NCBI GenBank assembly: GCA_902620425.1
Contig: CACNHX010000002.1
Coordinates: 75,127-139,126 of the forward strand
Direction of reading: 5' to 3'
DNA: 64,000 nucleotides
Source: an uncultured Alphaproteobacteria bacterium
GTDB lineage: Bacteria > Pseudomonadota > Alphaproteobacteria > HIMB59 > GCA-002718135
Shown: positions 11,487 to 24,040 of the stretch, piece after piece
Layout: every line of letters starts with the position of its first letter
Numbering within the stretch: position 1 is the first letter of the stretch
Made by a program: the position numbers and the translations under genes
Notes under the pieces: generated by a model
What the model saw: the letters and a program-made list of their open reading frames with translations, nothing else
The model's database searches: none
Told to the model about the DNA's origin: nothing

Positions 11487-12524
11487 ATGAGAATCGAAGA
11501 AGAAATTAAACTTGACTACTCAGATGTCCTTTTTAGACCAAAGAGAAGTACTTTAAAAAGTAGGAAAGATGTTGATTTGAATAGAAAATATACTTTTAAA
11601 CACTCAAGATCATCATGGAAAGGAATTCCAATAATAGCCTCTAATATGGATGGTGTTGGTGAAATAGATGTCGCAAAAAAACTAAGTTCTCACAAACTAA
11701 TGACTGCTTTAACAAAACAGCATGACATTAATCAAATAGGAAGTATTTATAAAAAAAATATCTTCTTTGATACAATTGCTCTTAGTTGTGGTACAAGTAA
11801 AGACAGTTACAATAGGTTAAATTCAATTCTAAAAAAATATCCAAAATTTAAATTTATCTGTATTGATGTTGCAAATGGTTATTCAGAAAATTTTAGTAAT
11901 TTTGTTTCAGAAGTAAGAAAAAAATATCCAAAAAAAACTATTATTGCAGGTAATGTTGTTACTGCAGACATGACTCAGGAATTAGTATTAAGTGGAGCGG
12001 ATATTGTTAAAGTTGGTATAGGTCCTGGAAGTGTATGTACCACTAGAATACAAACAGGAGTAGGGTATCCACAACTTAGCGCTGTAATGGAATGTGCTGA
12101 CGCAGCACATGGATTAGGAGCGCATATTATCGCTGACGGAGGATGTACTTGTCCTGGTGATGTTGCAAAAGGATTTGGTGCTGGTGCAGACTTTGTTATG
12201 CTTGGCGGAATGTTAGCAGGTCATAAGGAAGGTGGTGGTGATATAATTGAGGAAAATGGAAGTAAATACATCGAGTTTTATGGATCAAGTTCTGAAGAAG
12301 CAAATGAGAAACATTATGGTGGTCTTGCAAATTATAGATCATCTGAAGGTAAAAAAGTTAAAATACAAATGAAGAATTCGCTAGATAGTACAATTAGAGA
12401 TATTCTTGGGGGTGTACGAAGTAGTTGTACATACGTTGGTGCTTCATCATTGAAGCAGCTTAGTAAGTGTACTACATTTGTAAGAGTAAATAATCAGTAT
12501 AATGACACTTTTGGTAAAGTGTAA
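11487..12524 (+). CDS. guaC: GMP reductase (type 1)
   Basis: [41 protein letters not shown]. Confidence 0.95.
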   Translation: MRIEEEIKLDYSDVLFRPKRSTLKSRKDVDLNRKYTFKHSRSSWKGIPIIASNMDGVGEIDVAKKLSSHKLMTALTKQHDINQIGSIYKKNIFFDTIALSCGTSKDSYNRLNSILKKYPKFKFICIDVANGYSENFSNFVSEVRKKYPKKTIIAGNVVTADMTQELVLSGADIVKVGIGPGSVCTTRIQTGVGYPQLSAVMECADAAHGLGAHIIADGGCTCPGDVAKGFGAGADFVMLGGMLAGHKEGGGDIIEENGSKYIEFYGSSSEEANEKHYGGLANYRSSEGKKVKIQMKNSLDSTIRDILGGVRSSCTYVGASSLKQLSKCTTFVRVNNQYNDTFGKV

Positions 12525-12525
12525 G

Positions 12526-14112
12526 TTAGTAACCTATTGCCATACCATCCTTTCGTGGATCTGACCCGCCAATAATCACTCCATTTTTTCTATCTATTTT
12601 TATACATTGACCACCGCCAATAGCATTTTTATTTGTTTTAATTTTATGACCAATATTTTTTAATTTTTTGACAATTTTATCATCTAATGAACTCTCAACA
12701 TTTAAGAGACCATTTAGAGCAAATGCTCTAGGTAAATCCAAGCCTTCTTGTACTGTCATGTTATAGTCGATTATATTTTGAATCAAATGAGACTGACCAA
12801 CTGGTTGATATTGCCCTCCCATCACTCCATAAGAATACAGTGTCTCATCATTCTTATTAGTTATTAGTCCAGGAATTATTGTATGAAGTGGCCTTTTATG
12901 ACTATCAATTGAATTGGGGTGACCATCTTCTAGTCTGAAATTTACACCTCTATTTTGAAAAAGAATTCCTGTTTTATTACTTGTAATTCCACTTCCAAAA
13001 CCATGACATATTGAATTAATAAATGATACTGAATTCAAATCTTTATCTACAACACTTAAATATATTGTTTCGGGGTGAGAAGTTACATAGCTTTTTTTTG
13101 AAGAATAAATTTTATTTTTATTTATTCTAGAACATAAAGAGTTTATATATTCATTACTTAAATAATCTTTTATATTTATATTATTAAAATTAGGATCACC
13201 AAATATTGTTTCCTTAACCTCAAAACATATTTTTGAAATTTCAGCTTGAAGATGATATCTTTCAAAACTTGAATGATGGTATTTTTTGATATTTAATTTC
13301 TCAGTCATTGCCATCATCATCAAAACAACTAATCCAGGACTATTTAGGGGGCATTGATGTATTTTTAAATTTCTATATGAATTTGTTATTGTTTTTGAAA
13401 ATAACGTTTTTTGATTATAGAAATCTTCTTCTGTATGCAGTCCTCCAAGTTTATTTAGTGTCTTAACCATGTCCTTAGTTATTTCACTTTGATAAAATCC
13501 TTTAATTTTATTTTTTGAGATGTTTCTTAAAGTATTTGCTAAAGGAATATTCTTAAAAACTTCACCATAACTATAACTTAGATTTTCATTTAAAAATAAT
13601 CTTTTAGAATTAGAATTTTTTTTAAGTTTTTTTTCATTCTCTTTCCATGCAATAGCTTCAACTTCATGAACAGGAAATCCTTTTCTAGCAAAATTTTCTG
13701 CACCATTTAAAACTTCATTAAAATCAATTCTTCCAAATTTTTCATGCATAGAACACCATGCATGAACTGCTCCAGGAATAGTGACTGAATGTGGACTTGT
13801 TAAACCAATATTTTTTATTTTATTATCTTTATAAAACTCTAAATTTGCTCTTTTAGGAGCAATTCCAGAGCCGTTTACAGCAATTGGTTTTTTCCCATTC
13901 ATTGAAATAATTGCAAAACAATCCCCACCAATTCCTGTTGCGCTTGGACATACTACAGCTTGAACAGCTGAAGCCGCGATAGCAGCATCAACAGCATTTC
14001 CACCTTTTTGAAGCACATTAATAGCCACCATGGAACTTAATGGATTTGATGTTGCCACCATACCATTTTGAGCTAAAACATTAGATCTTCCTGGGTAAGA
14101 TAACTTTCTCAT
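12526..14112 (-). CDS. ggt: Gamma-glutamyltransferase family protein
   Basis: [17 protein letters not shown]-terminal nucleophile [24 protein letters not shown]. Confidence 0.92.
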   Translation of the reverse strand: MRKLSYPGRSNVLAQNGMVATSNPLSSMVAINVLQKGGNAVDAAIAASAVQAVVCPSATGIGGDCFAIISMNGKKPIAVNGSGIAPKRANLEFYKDNKIKNIGLTSPHSVTIPGAVHAWCSMHEKFGRIDFNEVLNGAENFARKGFPVHEVEAIAWKENEKKLKKNSNSKRLFLNENLSYSYGEVFKNIPLANTLRNISKNKIKGFYQSEITKDMVKTLNKLGGLHTEEDFYNQKTLFSKTITNSYRNLKIHQCPLNSPGLVVLMMMAMTEKLNIKKYHHSSFERYHLQAEISKICFEVKETIFGDPNFNNINIKDYLSNEYINSLCSRINKNKIYSSKKSYVTSHPETIYLSVVDKDLNSVSFINSICHGFGSGITSNKTGILFQNRGVNFRLEDGHPNSIDSHKRPLHTIIPGLITNKNDETLYSYGVMGGQYQPVGQSHLIQNIIDYNMTVQEGLDLPRAFALNGLLNVESSLDDKIVKKLKNIGHKIKTNKNAIGGGQCIKIDRKNGVIIGGSDPRKDGMAIGY

Positions 14113-14169
14113 ATTAATTCAGACAATATATGTTTGACAAAACAAATCCCAGAATTTAAAGCGCTTTTT

Positions 14170-14295
14170 ATGAAAGTTAAATGTTCATTAAAAACTGCCA
14201 AAACTAGAGATAAGGACTGTAAAGTCGTTCGAAGAAAAGGTAGGATTTATGTCATTAATAAGAAAAATCCCAGAATGAAAGCCAGACAGGGATAA
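14170..14295 (+). CDS. rpmJ: 50S ribosomal protein L36 (Zn-independent type); not in ORF track
   Basis: Manual translation [41 protein letters not shown]. Confidence 0.95.
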   Translation: MKVKCSLKTAKTRDKDCKVVRRKGRIYVINKKNPRMKARQG

Positions 14296-15237
14296 TTAAT
14301 TTTCTGCTATATATTTTTCAGCCTCTAAAGCAGCCATACAACCCATACCAGCAGCAGTTACAGCCTGCCTATAAATTTTATCTTTTACATCACCTGCTGC
14401 AAAGACTCCCTTAATACTTGTTTCAGTACTATCAGGTTTAGTAATTATATAATTTTCCTCGTCCATTTTTATCTTATCTATAAAAAGTGACGTAGCGGGA
14501 TCATGTCCTATAGCTATAAAAGCACCATTTACATCTATAGTTTTTTTGGTGCCATCTAATATGTTCTCTAAAATAATTTTTTTTAATGTATTTGGATTTT
14601 CTTCTCCAACGAACTCACAAACCTTACTATTCCAAATTACTTCAATTTTTTTATTGTTAAATAGTCTTTCTTGTAAAATTTTTTCTGCTCGTAAACTATC
14701 TCTTCTATGAATTAACAAAACCTTTGAAGCAAATTTAGTCAAAAACATTGCTTCCTCTACAGCACTATTCCCTCCACCAATTACTGCTACTTGCTGATCT
14801 TTGAAGAAAAATCCATCACAAGTTGCACAAGCAGAAATACCAAATCCTTTAAATTTTTTTTCACTTTCCAAATTCAACCATCTAGCCTGAGCACCTGTTG
14901 CAATAATTATCGATTTGGACACAAATTCTTTGCCTGACTCAGTTTTGGAAGTAAATGGATTTTTTTCAAAATCAACTGAAGTTACAATATCATTATGAAA
15001 GATAGTTCCTACTTTTACTGCTTGTTCTTTCATTTGTTCCATAAGCCAAGGACCCTGAATTACATTTTCAAATCCTGGATAGTTTTCTACATCCGTAGTG
15101 ATGGTTAGCTGACCTCCTGGTTCTAAACCTGAAACTAAATGTGGTTTTAAATTTGCTCTTGCTGCATAGATTGCAGCTGTATAGCCTGCTGGTCCAGAGC
15201 CAATAATTAAGACATCATTTTCTATTTTTTCAGTCAT
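14296..15237 (-). CDS. trxB: Thioredoxin reductase
   Basis: GSGPAG, CATCDG, GGGNSA, VFAAGDV. Confidence 0.97.
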   Translation of the reverse strand: MTEKIENDVLIIGSGPAGYTAAIYAARANLKPHLVSGLEPGGQLTITTDVENYPGFENVIQGPWLMEQMKEQAVKVGTIFHNDIVTSVDFEKNPFTSKTESGKEFVSKSIIIATGAQARWLNLESEKKFKGFGISACATCDGFFFKDQQVAVIGGGNSAVEEAMFLTKFASKVLLIHRRDSLRAEKILQERLFNNKKIEVIWNSKVCEFVGEENPNTLKKIILENILDGTKKTIDVNGAFIAIGHDPATSLFIDKIKMDEENYIITKPDSTETSIKGVFAAGDVKDKIYRQAVTAAGMGCMAALEAEKYIAEN

Positions 15238-15254
15238 ATAATTAAATTAATAAT

Positions 15255-15875
15255 TTAAGCACTTTTTTCAACTGACCAATCTGTATTAAAAGTAACATAA
15301 TTTATTTGAATACATCTTCTTTCTTTTTGAATTTCTTTTAATTCAAGCCCATGCCAAGTATCATCTCCTGAAGAAAAAAAATAACCACTATTATGAACAT
15401 ATTTAATTGTTTTAACTAATTTAAAATTTTTATCATATAGGTCGGTACCCAAATTTGACGCTTCATTATATGGGTTCGCCCAAACCATCATAGTCATTAA
15501 TTTTTCTGAAATATCTTTGTGTGGTTTTAACCAAAATCCTTTTTTATCTCCAATTATTTCTAATCTGACGTATGAATTTGATAAATCTTTATCAATTATT
15601 TTTGATATTTTATTTACCATTTCTTTGCTTTGTAAAGACTGAATTAATTTTGTTAGATATGGAAAATTTTGACAATTATTTTTTGTTATAAAAAGTCTTA
15701 ATTTGCCATCAACTCCCTGTCCTGTATGATCGGCAGCTCTTGTCCCATCGTACTTTCTTTCTCCTGACGGAATATTACTATACGAAATTTCATCTAATGC
15801 GCCTTCTTCTAAACAATTACTAAATACCCAGTGATTAAAGGGAAAATCTGCATGAGTTAAGTTCTCAAGATTCAT
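15255..15875 (-). CDS. Fe(II)/2-oxoglutarate oxygenase-fold protein
   Basis: PHKD (HxD), WHG distal His, RRCIQ.NY basic motif. Confidence 0.7.
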   Translation of the reverse strand: MNLENLTHADFPFNHWVFSNCLEEGALDEISYSNIPSGERKYDGTRAADHTGQGVDGKLRLFITKNNCQNFPYLTKLIQSLQSKEMVNKISKIIDKDLSNSYVRLEIIGDKKGFWLKPHKDISEKLMTMMVWANPYNEASNLGTDLYDKNFKLVKTIKYVHNSGYFFSSGDDTWHGLELKEIQKERRCIQINYVTFNTDWSVEKSA

Positions 15876-16818
15876 TTTTCCTTTCTATAATTCTTTTTTT
15901 TATAATTCCAGCAATTCTTTTGCTTTCCTCTAGTTTTGTATATGTCCAATTTTCTAATTTATCTAAAGTATTAAAATCTCTTGTTATATTCATTTTTCTA
16001 AATTCTTCATGGAATCTTATAAATCTTTTACTTTTTCTCTTCATTGGTAATTGATAAACATAAATTGGCTTACAAGATATACTTGCTTCAGAAATCATAG
16101 AGGTTGAGTCAGAAGTAATAATAAAATAACTGGAATTATAGATAGCAAATTCGTATGGATTCTTTCCTTCTCCAAGCCATAATGTAGAGATAGTGCTCAA
16201 TTCTTTTTTCAAAATATGCTTAATTTCTTTATTAGTTCTTCTTGAGGTAATAACTAAAATTTCATTATTATGAGACTTTAATTTTTTTATTCTTTTACAA
16301 AGATCTAAAGTATTTTCTTTTGAGAAATTATAGTGATTATTTTCACCTCCAATAATACATGTGATTAAATTTTTTGTATTAATTTCATAATGATTTTTCA
16401 AATTATTAAATTGTTTAAAATGATGTATTGCACCCGAAGAATTAATTACATTGTCACCATATAAACCATCATGATTTGGAGCTATAACATAAGAAAAGTT
16501 TTTTGAAGAAATTTTTGGGTTTTGAATATGAATATTAATAATATTTGGATATTTTTTTTTAAGATATATTGATAGGTAAACACTTTTTCTTCCACAACTG
16601 ATAACTAAATCAGGTATCTCATCTATTGGTAACTTATTTTTAAATATCCAATTAAAAATAGGAAGTATCCCAGGCTGTAATTTATTCCAAGGAAAAATTA
16701 TTTCAGTTTTAATTTCCTTTATATTCATACTCAATTCATTTGCCAGACCTTTTGTCTGACTTATCATTCCTTGTGAACCATCAGTTAAGGACCAAATTTT
16801 AGGATTGTCTATATTCAA
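15865..16818 (-). CDS. ELM1/GtrOC1-like (mitochondrial fission ELM1 family) protein
   Basis: L.DG..GM.SQ..GLA, ISCGR, HIQ.P, IAP.HD, IGG, TSRRT, T.DS.SM.SEA; neighbour of greA. Confidence 0.8.
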   Translation of the reverse strand: MNIDNPKIWSLTDGSQGMISQTKGLANELSMNIKEIKTEIIFPWNKLQPGILPIFNWIFKNKLPIDEIPDLVISCGRKSVYLSIYLKKKYPNIINIHIQNPKISSKNFSYVIAPNHDGLYGDNVINSSGAIHHFKQFNNLKNHYEINTKNLITCIIGGENNHYNFSKENTLDLCKRIKKLKSHNNEILVITSRRTNKEIKHILKKELSTISTLWLGEGKNPYEFAIYNSSYFIITSDSTSMISEASISCKPIYVYQLPMKRKSKRFIRFHEEFRKMNITRDFNTLDKLENWTYTKLEESKRIAGIIKKRIIERKNES

Positions 16819-17288
16819 ATGTATTTTATTGATAATATTGTATAACTTTTTAAACCTTTTGGACTATTGATTTCAACATTGTCTTCTGCTGTTTTACCAA
16901 TCAAGCCTCTTGCTAAAGGACTAGTAATTGAAAGTTTTTTATTTTCAATATCAGATTCATATTCCCCAACAATTTGATATTGTTGTTTTTCTCCACTTTC
17001 ATCATCTTCTATTTCAACTGTTGCGCCAAATTTAATATCGTCACCTTCAATAGATTTAACATCTATTATCTCTGCTTTACTAATAGCACTCTCTAAATCT
17101 ATAATTCTTCCTTCAATTAAACTTTGTTGTTCTTTAGCATATTGATATTCTGCATTTTCAGATAAATCACCGTGGCTTCTAGCTTCGGCAATTGCTTCAA
17201 TAATTTTTGGTCTATCTTCAGAAGTTAATTTATTTAATTCATCTTGTAATTTTGTATAACCCTCAGCAGTCATAGGAATTTTATTCAT
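16815..17288 (-). CDS. greA: Transcription elongation factor GreA
   Basis: AR.HGDLSENAEY, SITSPLARGLIGK. Confidence 0.97.
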   Translation of the reverse strand: MNKIPMTAEGYTKLQDELNKLTSEDRPKIIEAIAEARSHGDLSENAEYQYAKEQQSLIEGRIIDLESAISKAEIIDVKSIEGDDIKFGATVEIEDDESGEKQQYQIVGEYESDIENKKLSITSPLARGLIGKTAEDNVEINSPKGLKSYTILSIKYI

Positions 17289-17328
17289 AAACTCATGATG
17301 ATTTATTTATTTTTTATAGTCAATAAAA

Positions 17329-20300
17329 TTAATTTATTGTTTGAAGACTTTTTATTGTGAATTCCTGAGTTTTCATATGTTCAATAGCATCTACAGCAAC
17401 TTTAGCTCCAGCTATTGTGGTATAATATGGAATATTATACATTAAAGATGTCCTTCTAATACTATAGCTATCTCTAATAGATGATTGAGTTTTTGTTGTA
17501 TTAATTACTAGCTGAATTTCATTATTAATTAATGAGTCAACTACATGAGGATTACCTTCTTTTACTTTATTTACTATTTTTGTCTTGATGTTATTAGAAT
17601 TTAAGTATTCAGCAGTTCCTTTAGTTGCAAGTAGATTAAAATCTAATTCTTTTAACTTTTGTGCTATCTCAATTATGAACTTTTTATTATCATTATCTAT
17701 TGAAATAAATACTGTCCCTTCAGATGGAAGAATATTACCACAGGCTATTTGGCTTTTTATATAGGAAGATAAAAAGGTTTCATCTATTCCCATAACTTCT
17801 CCTGTAGATTTCATTTCAGGACCTAATATTAGATCCACTCCATCAAATTTATTGAAAGGAAAAACAGATTCTTTAACATTAAAGTTTTTTAGTTCATTAA
17901 TTTTATAATCATTCAAAATTGCATTAAGATTTTCACCGACCATTACTTTTGCTGCAATTTTTGCGATTGGAATACCTTTTGATTTGGCTACAAATGGTAC
18001 GGTCCTGCTGGCTCTTGGGTTTACTTCTAAAACATATATTTTTTTATCTTTAATTGCTAATTGAGTATTCATTAATCCAACAACATTAATCTCATTGGCA
18101 ATTTTTGATACCCATTCAATAATTTTACTCTGAGTTTCTTTACTAACAGAATAAGGGGGTAAGGAACAGGCACTATCTCCAGAGTGAATTCCTGCCTCTT
18201 CTATGTGTTCCATAATCCCAGCTACATATATTTCTCCATTTTTATCTCTAATTATATCTACATCTATTTCTTTCGCATTCTCAAGATACTCATCAATTAA
18301 AATTACATTATTTGAAGAGACTTCAAGCGCTTCATTAGAAAATGATTCTAAATTATCTTTATCATATGCGATTTGCATAGCTCTTCCTCCAAGTACATAA
18401 GAGGGTCTAACTAAAACAGGATATCCAATTTCTTCAGCTTTTTCTAAAGTTTGAGCAACCGTATTTGCAAAAGCATTTTTTGGTTGAGCAATTTTTAGTT
18501 TCATTAATATTTCACTGAATCTATCTCTATCTTCAGCTAAATCTATTGCTTCAGTTGAAGTTCCTATAACTTTTATTCCAGCTTCTTCTAATTCTTTTGC
18601 AATTTTTAAAGGAGTCTGACCTCCAAATTGAACTAACACACCAAGAACATTTCCATTACTTTTTTCTTTATTGTAAATTTCAATAACACTTTCAGCTGAA
18701 AGTGGTTCAAAATAAAGTCTATCAGCAGTATCATAGTCAGTTGAAACTGTTTCTGGATTACAATTTATCATAATTGTTTCAATGCCCTTTTCTTTTAATG
18801 CATATACAGCATGTACACAGCAATAATCAAATTCAATGCCTTGACCTATTCTATTAGGTCCACCTCCAAGAATTATTACTTTGTCTTTTGATGTAGGATT
18901 TGCTTCACAGAATTTAGTATTTTCAAAATCCCAATCGTAAGTAGAATAAAGATACGGAGTTTTAGAATTAAATTCACCTGCGCAAGTATCCACTAGTCTG
19001 AAAACAGGATTAATATTATTATTATTTCTAAATTTTCTTAATTCGTTTTCTTTAATACTTAATATCGACGAGATTTTACTATCAGAAAAGCCTATTTTCT
19101 TAGCATATAATATTATATCTTTGTTGAGGTCTTTTTCTTTTAAGATTTTTTCAAAATCAATTATTGTTTTAATTTGATATAAAAACCATTTATCATATTT
19201 TGTAGTTTGATTTATTTCATCAACTGTTAATCCAATCCTTAGGGCTTCACCTACAACTAACAAGCGTTGCGAAGATTGTATTTTAAGTTCATTCAAAATT
19301 GTATTTTTATCATTTGAGCTAAGTTTTGGTTTATCAAAACCAGTTAGACCGTACTCAAGAGAATTAAACCCCTTTTGGATTGATTCATTAAAAGATCTAC
19401 CTATACTCATTGCCTCACCAACTGATTTCATGGATGTCGTTAAGTCAGAATTAGCCCCAACAAATTTTTCAAAAGTAAATCTTGGAATTTTAGTTACAAC
19501 ATAATCAATAGTTGGTTCAAAACTTGCTGGTGTCGTCGTAGTAATATCATTTTCAAGTTCATCTAAAGTATAACCTACAGCTAATTTTGCAGCAATTTTT
19601 GCGATTGGAAAACCTGTAGCTTTTGATGCTAACGCAGAAGATCTACTAACTCTTGGATTCATTTCAATTACATTAATTTCTCCATCTTCAGGATTTATTG
19701 CAAATTGAACATTTGACCCGCCAGTATCTACACCTATTTTTCTAAGAACCTTAATGCTGGCATTCCTTAAAATTTGATATTCTTTATCAGTTAATGTTAA
19801 GGATGGAGCTACTGTAATGCTATCTCCAGTATGAACACCCATTGGATCAACATTTTCAATTGAGCAAACAATAATACAATTATCTTTATTATCTCTAACA
19901 ACTTCCATCTCAAATTCTTTCCAACCTGAAACAGATTTTTCAATAAGTATCTGATTTGTTGGGCTAGCATTTAAACCCCTATTACATAAATCAATAAAAC
20001 CCTCATCATCATAGGCAACACCTCCTCCTGTACCTCCAAGTGTAAAACTTGGTCTTATGACAAGAGGTAAATTTAATTCATTTTTTACTCTTTTTGACTC
20101 TTCAATAGTGTTAACCACATAACTTTTAGGACAGCTTAGACCAATTTCTTTCATAGCATCTTTAAATTTTTGCCTATCCTCAGCTAATTCTATTGCTGTT
20201 GGATTAGCCCCAATCATTTTTACTCCGTGTTTTTCAAGTATACGATTATTAAAAAGTTCCATTGAAACGTTTAAAGCAGTTTGCCCTCCCATAGTTGGTA

Positions 20301-20559
20301 AAAGAGCATCTGGTTTTTCGATTTCGATTATTTTTTCTACAAATTCTTTAGTTATAGGTTCAATATAAGTTTGATCAGCTAATTCTGGATCAGTCATTAT
20401 TGTTGCAGGATTTGAATTAATTAATACAATTTTGTAACCTTCATCTTTGAGAGACTTACATGCCTGAGCACCTGAGTAATCAAATTCACAAGCTTGACCA
20501 ATAACTATAGGACCTGCACCTACTATTAATATTTTATTTATGTCAGTTCTTTTTGGCAT
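17329..20559 (-). CDS. carB: Carbamoyl-phosphate synthase large subunit
   Basis: Start moved to [30 protein letters not shown] (20559); duplicated ATP-grasp domains, MGS domain. Confidence 0.98.
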   Translation of the reverse strand: MPKRTDINKILIVGAGPIVIGQACEFDYSGAQACKSLKDEGYKIVLINSNPATIMTDPELADQTYIEPITKEFVEKIIEIEKPDALLPTMGGQTALNVSMELFNNRILEKHGVKMIGANPTAIELAEDRQKFKDAMKEIGLSCPKSYVVNTIEESKRVKNELNLPLVIRPSFTLGGTGGGVAYDDEGFIDLCNRGLNASPTNQILIEKSVSGWKEFEMEVVRDNKDNCIIVCSIENVDPMGVHTGDSITVAPSLTLTDKEYQILRNASIKVLRKIGVDTGGSNVQFAINPEDGEINVIEMNPRVSRSSALASKATGFPIAKIAAKLAVGYTLDELENDITTTTPASFEPTIDYVVTKIPRFTFEKFVGANSDLTTSMKSVGEAMSIGRSFNESIQKGFNSLEYGLTGFDKPKLSSNDKNTILNELKIQSSQRLLVVGEALRIGLTVDEINQTTKYDKWFLYQIKTIIDFEKILKEKDLNKDIILYAKKIGFSDSKISSILSIKENELRKFRNNNNINPVFRLVDTCAGEFNSKTPYLYSTYDWDFENTKFCEANPTSKDKVIILGGGPNRIGQGIEFDYCCVHAVYALKEKGIETIMINCNPETVSTDYDTADRLYFEPLSAESVIEIYNKEKSNGNVLGVLVQFGGQTPLKIAKELEEAGIKVIGTSTEAIDLAEDRDRFSEILMKLKIAQPKNAFANTVAQTLEKAEEIGYPVLVRPSYVLGGRAMQIAYDKDNLESFSNEALEVSSNNVILIDEYLENAKEIDVDIIRDKNGEIYVAGIMEHIEEAGIHSGDSACSLPPYSVSKETQSKIIEWVSKIANEINVVGLMNTQLAIKDKKIYVLEVNPRASRTVPFVAKSKGIPIAKIAAKVMVGENLNAILNDYKINELKNFNVKESVFPFNKFDGVDLILGPEMKSTGEVMGIDETFLSSYIKSQIACGNILPSEGTVFISIDNDNKKFIIEIAQKLKELDFNLLATKGTAEYLNSNNIKTKIVNKVKEGNPHVVDSLINNEIQLVINTTKTQSSIRDSYSIRRTSLMYNIPYYTTIAGAKVAVDAIEHMKTQEFTIKSLQTIN

Positions 20560-21712
20560 TTTTCTCAATAAGTTTATAAAATTCTTCAAACAAATAATGA
20601 CTATCATGTGGACCAGGCGACGCCTCTGGATGATATTGAACACTAAATACTGGTAAATGCTTATGTCTTAAACCTTCATTAGTCCCGTCAAATAATGAAA
20701 CATGACTTTCAATTATATCTTTGCCAAAACTATCTCTATCAACTTCAAAGCCATGATTTTGTGAAGTAATTTCAACAATTCCTGTTGCAAGGTTTTTGAC
20801 GGGATGGTTTGAACCTCTGTGACCTTGAAACATTTTTTTAGTCTTTGCATTTAATGCCAATCCTAAAATTTGATGCCCTAAACATATGCCAAATATTGGA
20901 ATATTATCATCAATTAATTTTTTAATCACATCAACTATTTTACTACCTGTGGCATAAGGATCACCAGGGCCGTTTGATAAAAAAATCCCTGCAGGATTAG
21001 TTTCTATTATTTCTTCATAGCTAGAAAATAAGTTTAATACAGTTGGGTTAAGATTAAATTCATTAAGATTTCTTAAAATATTATTTTTGATACCAAAGTC
21101 TAAACAAGTGACATTATATTTAAATTGGCTTTTAATTGATTTATCACTTTTCCATATTCCTTTTTTCCAACTATAGTTTTGCTCTGTCGATACTATCCCC
21201 GCCAAATCTAAATTTTGAAGACCTTTCCACTCATTTATTTGAGCTTTAAGTTTTTCAATTTTATTTTCACCTTCTCCAAAGTAAATAATTGCGGCCTTCA
21301 TAGCTCCCTCAACAGATAATTTCTTAGTTAAGTATCTTGTATCAATTCCAAAAATACATGGAATTTTGTTTTTTAAAAAATACGAATTTAAGTCATTTTC
21401 CGCTCTCCAATTAGAATACTCTGATAATGGTTGATTTATTACACAACCATCAGCGTAGATTTTTTTTGACTCTTGATCTTCTTGATTTGTACCTACAATT
21501 CCAACATGTGGAAAAGTAAATGTAATGATTTGTTTTGTATATGAGGGATCCGATAATGCTTCTTGATAACCTGTTTGAGAGGTATTAAAACAAAGCTCAC
21601 CTACAGCGGCCTTTTTCTCTCCTAATCCATAACCCCATAAGATTTCACCATTTTCTAATACAAGAGCTGCTGTTTTATTGTGTATATGTGGTTCTTTTTT
21701 TAAAACTTCCAT
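20543..21712 (-). CDS. carA: Carbamoyl-phosphate synthase small subunit
   Basis: [36 protein letters not shown]; start 21712 or 21730 uncertain. Confidence 0.96.
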   Translation of the reverse strand: MEVLKKEPHIHNKTAALVLENGEILWGYGLGEKKAAVGELCFNTSQTGYQEALSDPSYTKQIITFTFPHVGIVGTNQEDQESKKIYADGCVINQPLSEYSNWRAENDLNSYFLKNKIPCIFGIDTRYLTKKLSVEGAMKAAIIYFGEGENKIEKLKAQINEWKGLQNLDLAGIVSTEQNYSWKKGIWKSDKSIKSQFKYNVTCLDFGIKNNILRNLNEFNLNPTVLNLFSSYEEIIETNPAGIFLSNGPGDPYATGSKIVDVIKKLIDDNIPIFGICLGHQILGLALNAKTKKMFQGHRGSNHPVKNLATGIVEITSQNHGFEVDRDSFGKDIIESHVSLFDGTNEGLRHKHLPVFSVQYHPEASPGPHDSHYLFEEFYKLIEKNAKKN

Positions 21713-21832
21713 TATATTTAGATGAAGCAAAATGATAGTTAGTAGGCATTTATAACAATGTAGTCAAGGATTAGTTGAATTTAAAAAGAAGAATTATATT
21801 ATTAAATTAAAATTATTAGAAAGTGAAAAAAT

Positions 21833-22288
21833 ATGAGCTTAAAGGATAAAATTGAAATTGATTATAACAATTCTATCAAAGAAAAAGATAGTAATTCCAT
21901 CAATACTTTAAGATTAATAAAGAGCGCTATTAAAGATAAGGAAATTTCTCTTAGAGGTAAACAAGACTCTTTGACCGATTCTGATATATTAAGTTTACTT
22001 CAAAGTTTAGTAAAACAAAGAAAAGACTCAATAGAAGCTTTTGAAAAAGCGAATCGCAATGATCTTATTGAAAATGAACTAAATGAAATCAAAGTAATTG
22101 AAATGTTTTTACCAAAACAAATGGATGAAGATGAAACAAAATTGATCATAAAGAATATAATTCAAGAGAATAATTATACATCAATCAAAGAAATGGGTGC
22201 ACTTATGAAAATAATTAAGGAAAAATATGCTGGAAAAATAGATATGGGTTTAGTTGGAAAAATAGCTAAATCTTTACTGGTCAATTAA
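21833..22288 (+). CDS. GatB/YqeY domain protein
   Basis: LRLIKSAIK.KEI, VKQR.DS...F, LP.Q; upstream of dnaG. Confidence 0.9.
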   Translation: MSLKDKIEIDYNNSIKEKDSNSINTLRLIKSAIKDKEISLRGKQDSLTDSDILSLLQSLVKQRKDSIEAFEKANRNDLIENELNEIKVIEMFLPKQMDEDETKLIIKNIIQENNYTSIKEMGALMKIIKEKYAGKIDMGLVGKIAKSLLVN

Positions 22289-24027
22289 TGTCATTTTCGA
22301 AAAATGATCTTGAATTAATAAAATCAAAAACTCTTCTTTCACAAGAAATTGAAAAAAAAACAAAAGTTATAAAAAAAGGAAAGGATAGTTGGTGTTGTTG
22401 TCCTTTTCATGATGAAAAAACTCCATCTTGTAAAATAAATGATGATTTAGGTTCTTATTACTGTTTTGGATGTGGGGCTAAAGGAGATATATTTACAATA
22501 TACACAGAACTTTATAATTTTTCATTCCCTGAAGCAGTAAAAGAATTAGCTCAAAGAGTTGGTGTTAGAATACATGATAATTTTGATTCAAATATTAACA
22601 AAAAAAATGATAAAATTTATAAAATTTTAGAAATTTCGACAAAATGGTTTCAGGATAATCTACAATCAAATAAAGATTGCCAAAGATATTTAAATAAGAG
22701 AAATTTATCAGACGAGACAATTAAATATTTTAGGTTAGGATTTTCTTCTAGTTCAAAACAAACTCTTTATCAATTTCTAAAAGAACATGATTTTGAAGAT
22801 AAAGAACTGCTTGAAAGTAATGTAGTAAAACTAGATAAAAATAATAAGATACGAGACTTTTTTTACAATAGACTTATTTTTCCAATCACAAATGAATATG
22901 GAAAAATTGTTGGATTTGGGGGAAGAGTATTAGATAGTTCAAATCCCAAATATATTAATTCACCTGAAAGTGATTTTTTTAAAAAAAGAAATATTTTGTA
23001 TAATCTTTCTAACGCTAAACAAACCATAAGGTCAAAAAAAAATATGTTAATTTGTGAGGGTTATATGGATGTAATTAGTTTGTACGACAAAAATATTAAA
23101 ACAGCTGTTGCTCCACTTGGAACCTCTTTAACTGATAGCCATCTTTTATTGTCATGGAAATATGTAAATAAACCAACATTGATGTTCGATGGAGATGCAT
23201 CAGGCTTAAAAGCTTCTTTTAAAAGTGCTATAATGTCATTGCCTTATTTAACTCCTTCAAAATTATTACAATTTGTAATTTTGCCAAATGAATATGATCC
23301 TGATACTTACATTAATGAATATTCTTTAAGTAAATTTGCAACATATCTTAAAAATCCACTTTCAATCGTAGATTTTATTTTTCAGGAATCATCAAAATCA
23401 ATTGATTTACAAAAATCTGATAATAAGGTTATTTTTGATAAATACATAGATGAACTAGTCACCAATATTAAAGATAGTAAAATAAAATATTTTTACAAAA
23501 ATGAGTTTAAATCCTTATTTTTTCAAAAATTAAAATCATTTTCTAGTAAAAAACAATCTATTAAAATTACACCAAAAACAATTTCTTTAAAAGAAAAACA
23601 AATTTACTCTTTTTTAACAGCTTATTTAAATCATGTGAAATTGAGACAAGAGATCTACTCGCTGTTGATATCTTCTGAATTATTAAATGATGATCAGTTC
23701 GAATTTTTAAATTTTATACAAAAATCAGAGTTTTTTGAATATGATATAAATAATATTAATACTGTTAAATTACCTAGTAAAGTATCCGAAATTTTTGAAA
23801 AAACTAGGGATAATACTATATTTCAACTTTTTCCTTATGTAAGTTTAGAATATGATTCTAAGGAAGCTTTAAATGAAATTAAAGAATCCATAAATAATTT
23901 GAAGACAAGACTTTCAAATTTGAAAAAAATAAATAAAAGCCTAAATGATATACAAATTAATTCATCTTCTATGACTTGGGAGGAGTTAAAAAATATCACT
24001 TTTAATCTTCAAAGTAATGAAGAATAA
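22288..24027 (+). CDS. dnaG: DNA primase
   Basis: CPFHDEKTPS..CFGC Zn finger, FGGR, KYINSPE, CEGYMD Toprim, FDGD, DPD. Confidence 0.96.
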   Translation: MSFSKNDLELIKSKTLLSQEIEKKTKVIKKGKDSWCCCPFHDEKTPSCKINDDLGSYYCFGCGAKGDIFTIYTELYNFSFPEAVKELAQRVGVRIHDNFDSNINKKNDKIYKILEISTKWFQDNLQSNKDCQRYLNKRNLSDETIKYFRLGFSSSSKQTLYQFLKEHDFEDKELLESNVVKLDKNNKIRDFFYNRLIFPITNEYGKIVGFGGRVLDSSNPKYINSPESDFFKKRNILYNLSNAKQTIRSKKNMLICEGYMDVISLYDKNIKTAVAPLGTSLTDSHLLLSWKYVNKPTLMFDGDASGLKASFKSAIMSLPYLTPSKLLQFVILPNEYDPDTYINEYSLSKFATYLKNPLSIVDFIFQESSKSIDLQKSDNKVIFDKYIDELVTNIKDSKIKYFYKNEFKSLFFQKLKSFSSKKQSIKITPKTISLKEKQIYSFLTAYLNHVKLRQEIYSLLISSELLNDDQFEFLNFIQKSEFFEYDINNINTVKLPSKVSEIFEKTRDNTIFQLFPYVSLEYDSKEALNEIKESINNLKTRLSNLKKINKSLNDIQINSSSMTWEELKNITFNLQSNEE

Positions 24028-24040
24028 TTAGAATAAAGTT

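Noticed and set aside
20560-20643. 28-aa N-terminal extension of CarB in the ORF track
   Set aside because: The conserved CarB start MPKRTD is at 20559 and the extension overlaps carA; similar over-long starts were trimmed for the ORFs at 29997, 45323, 51557 and 60337
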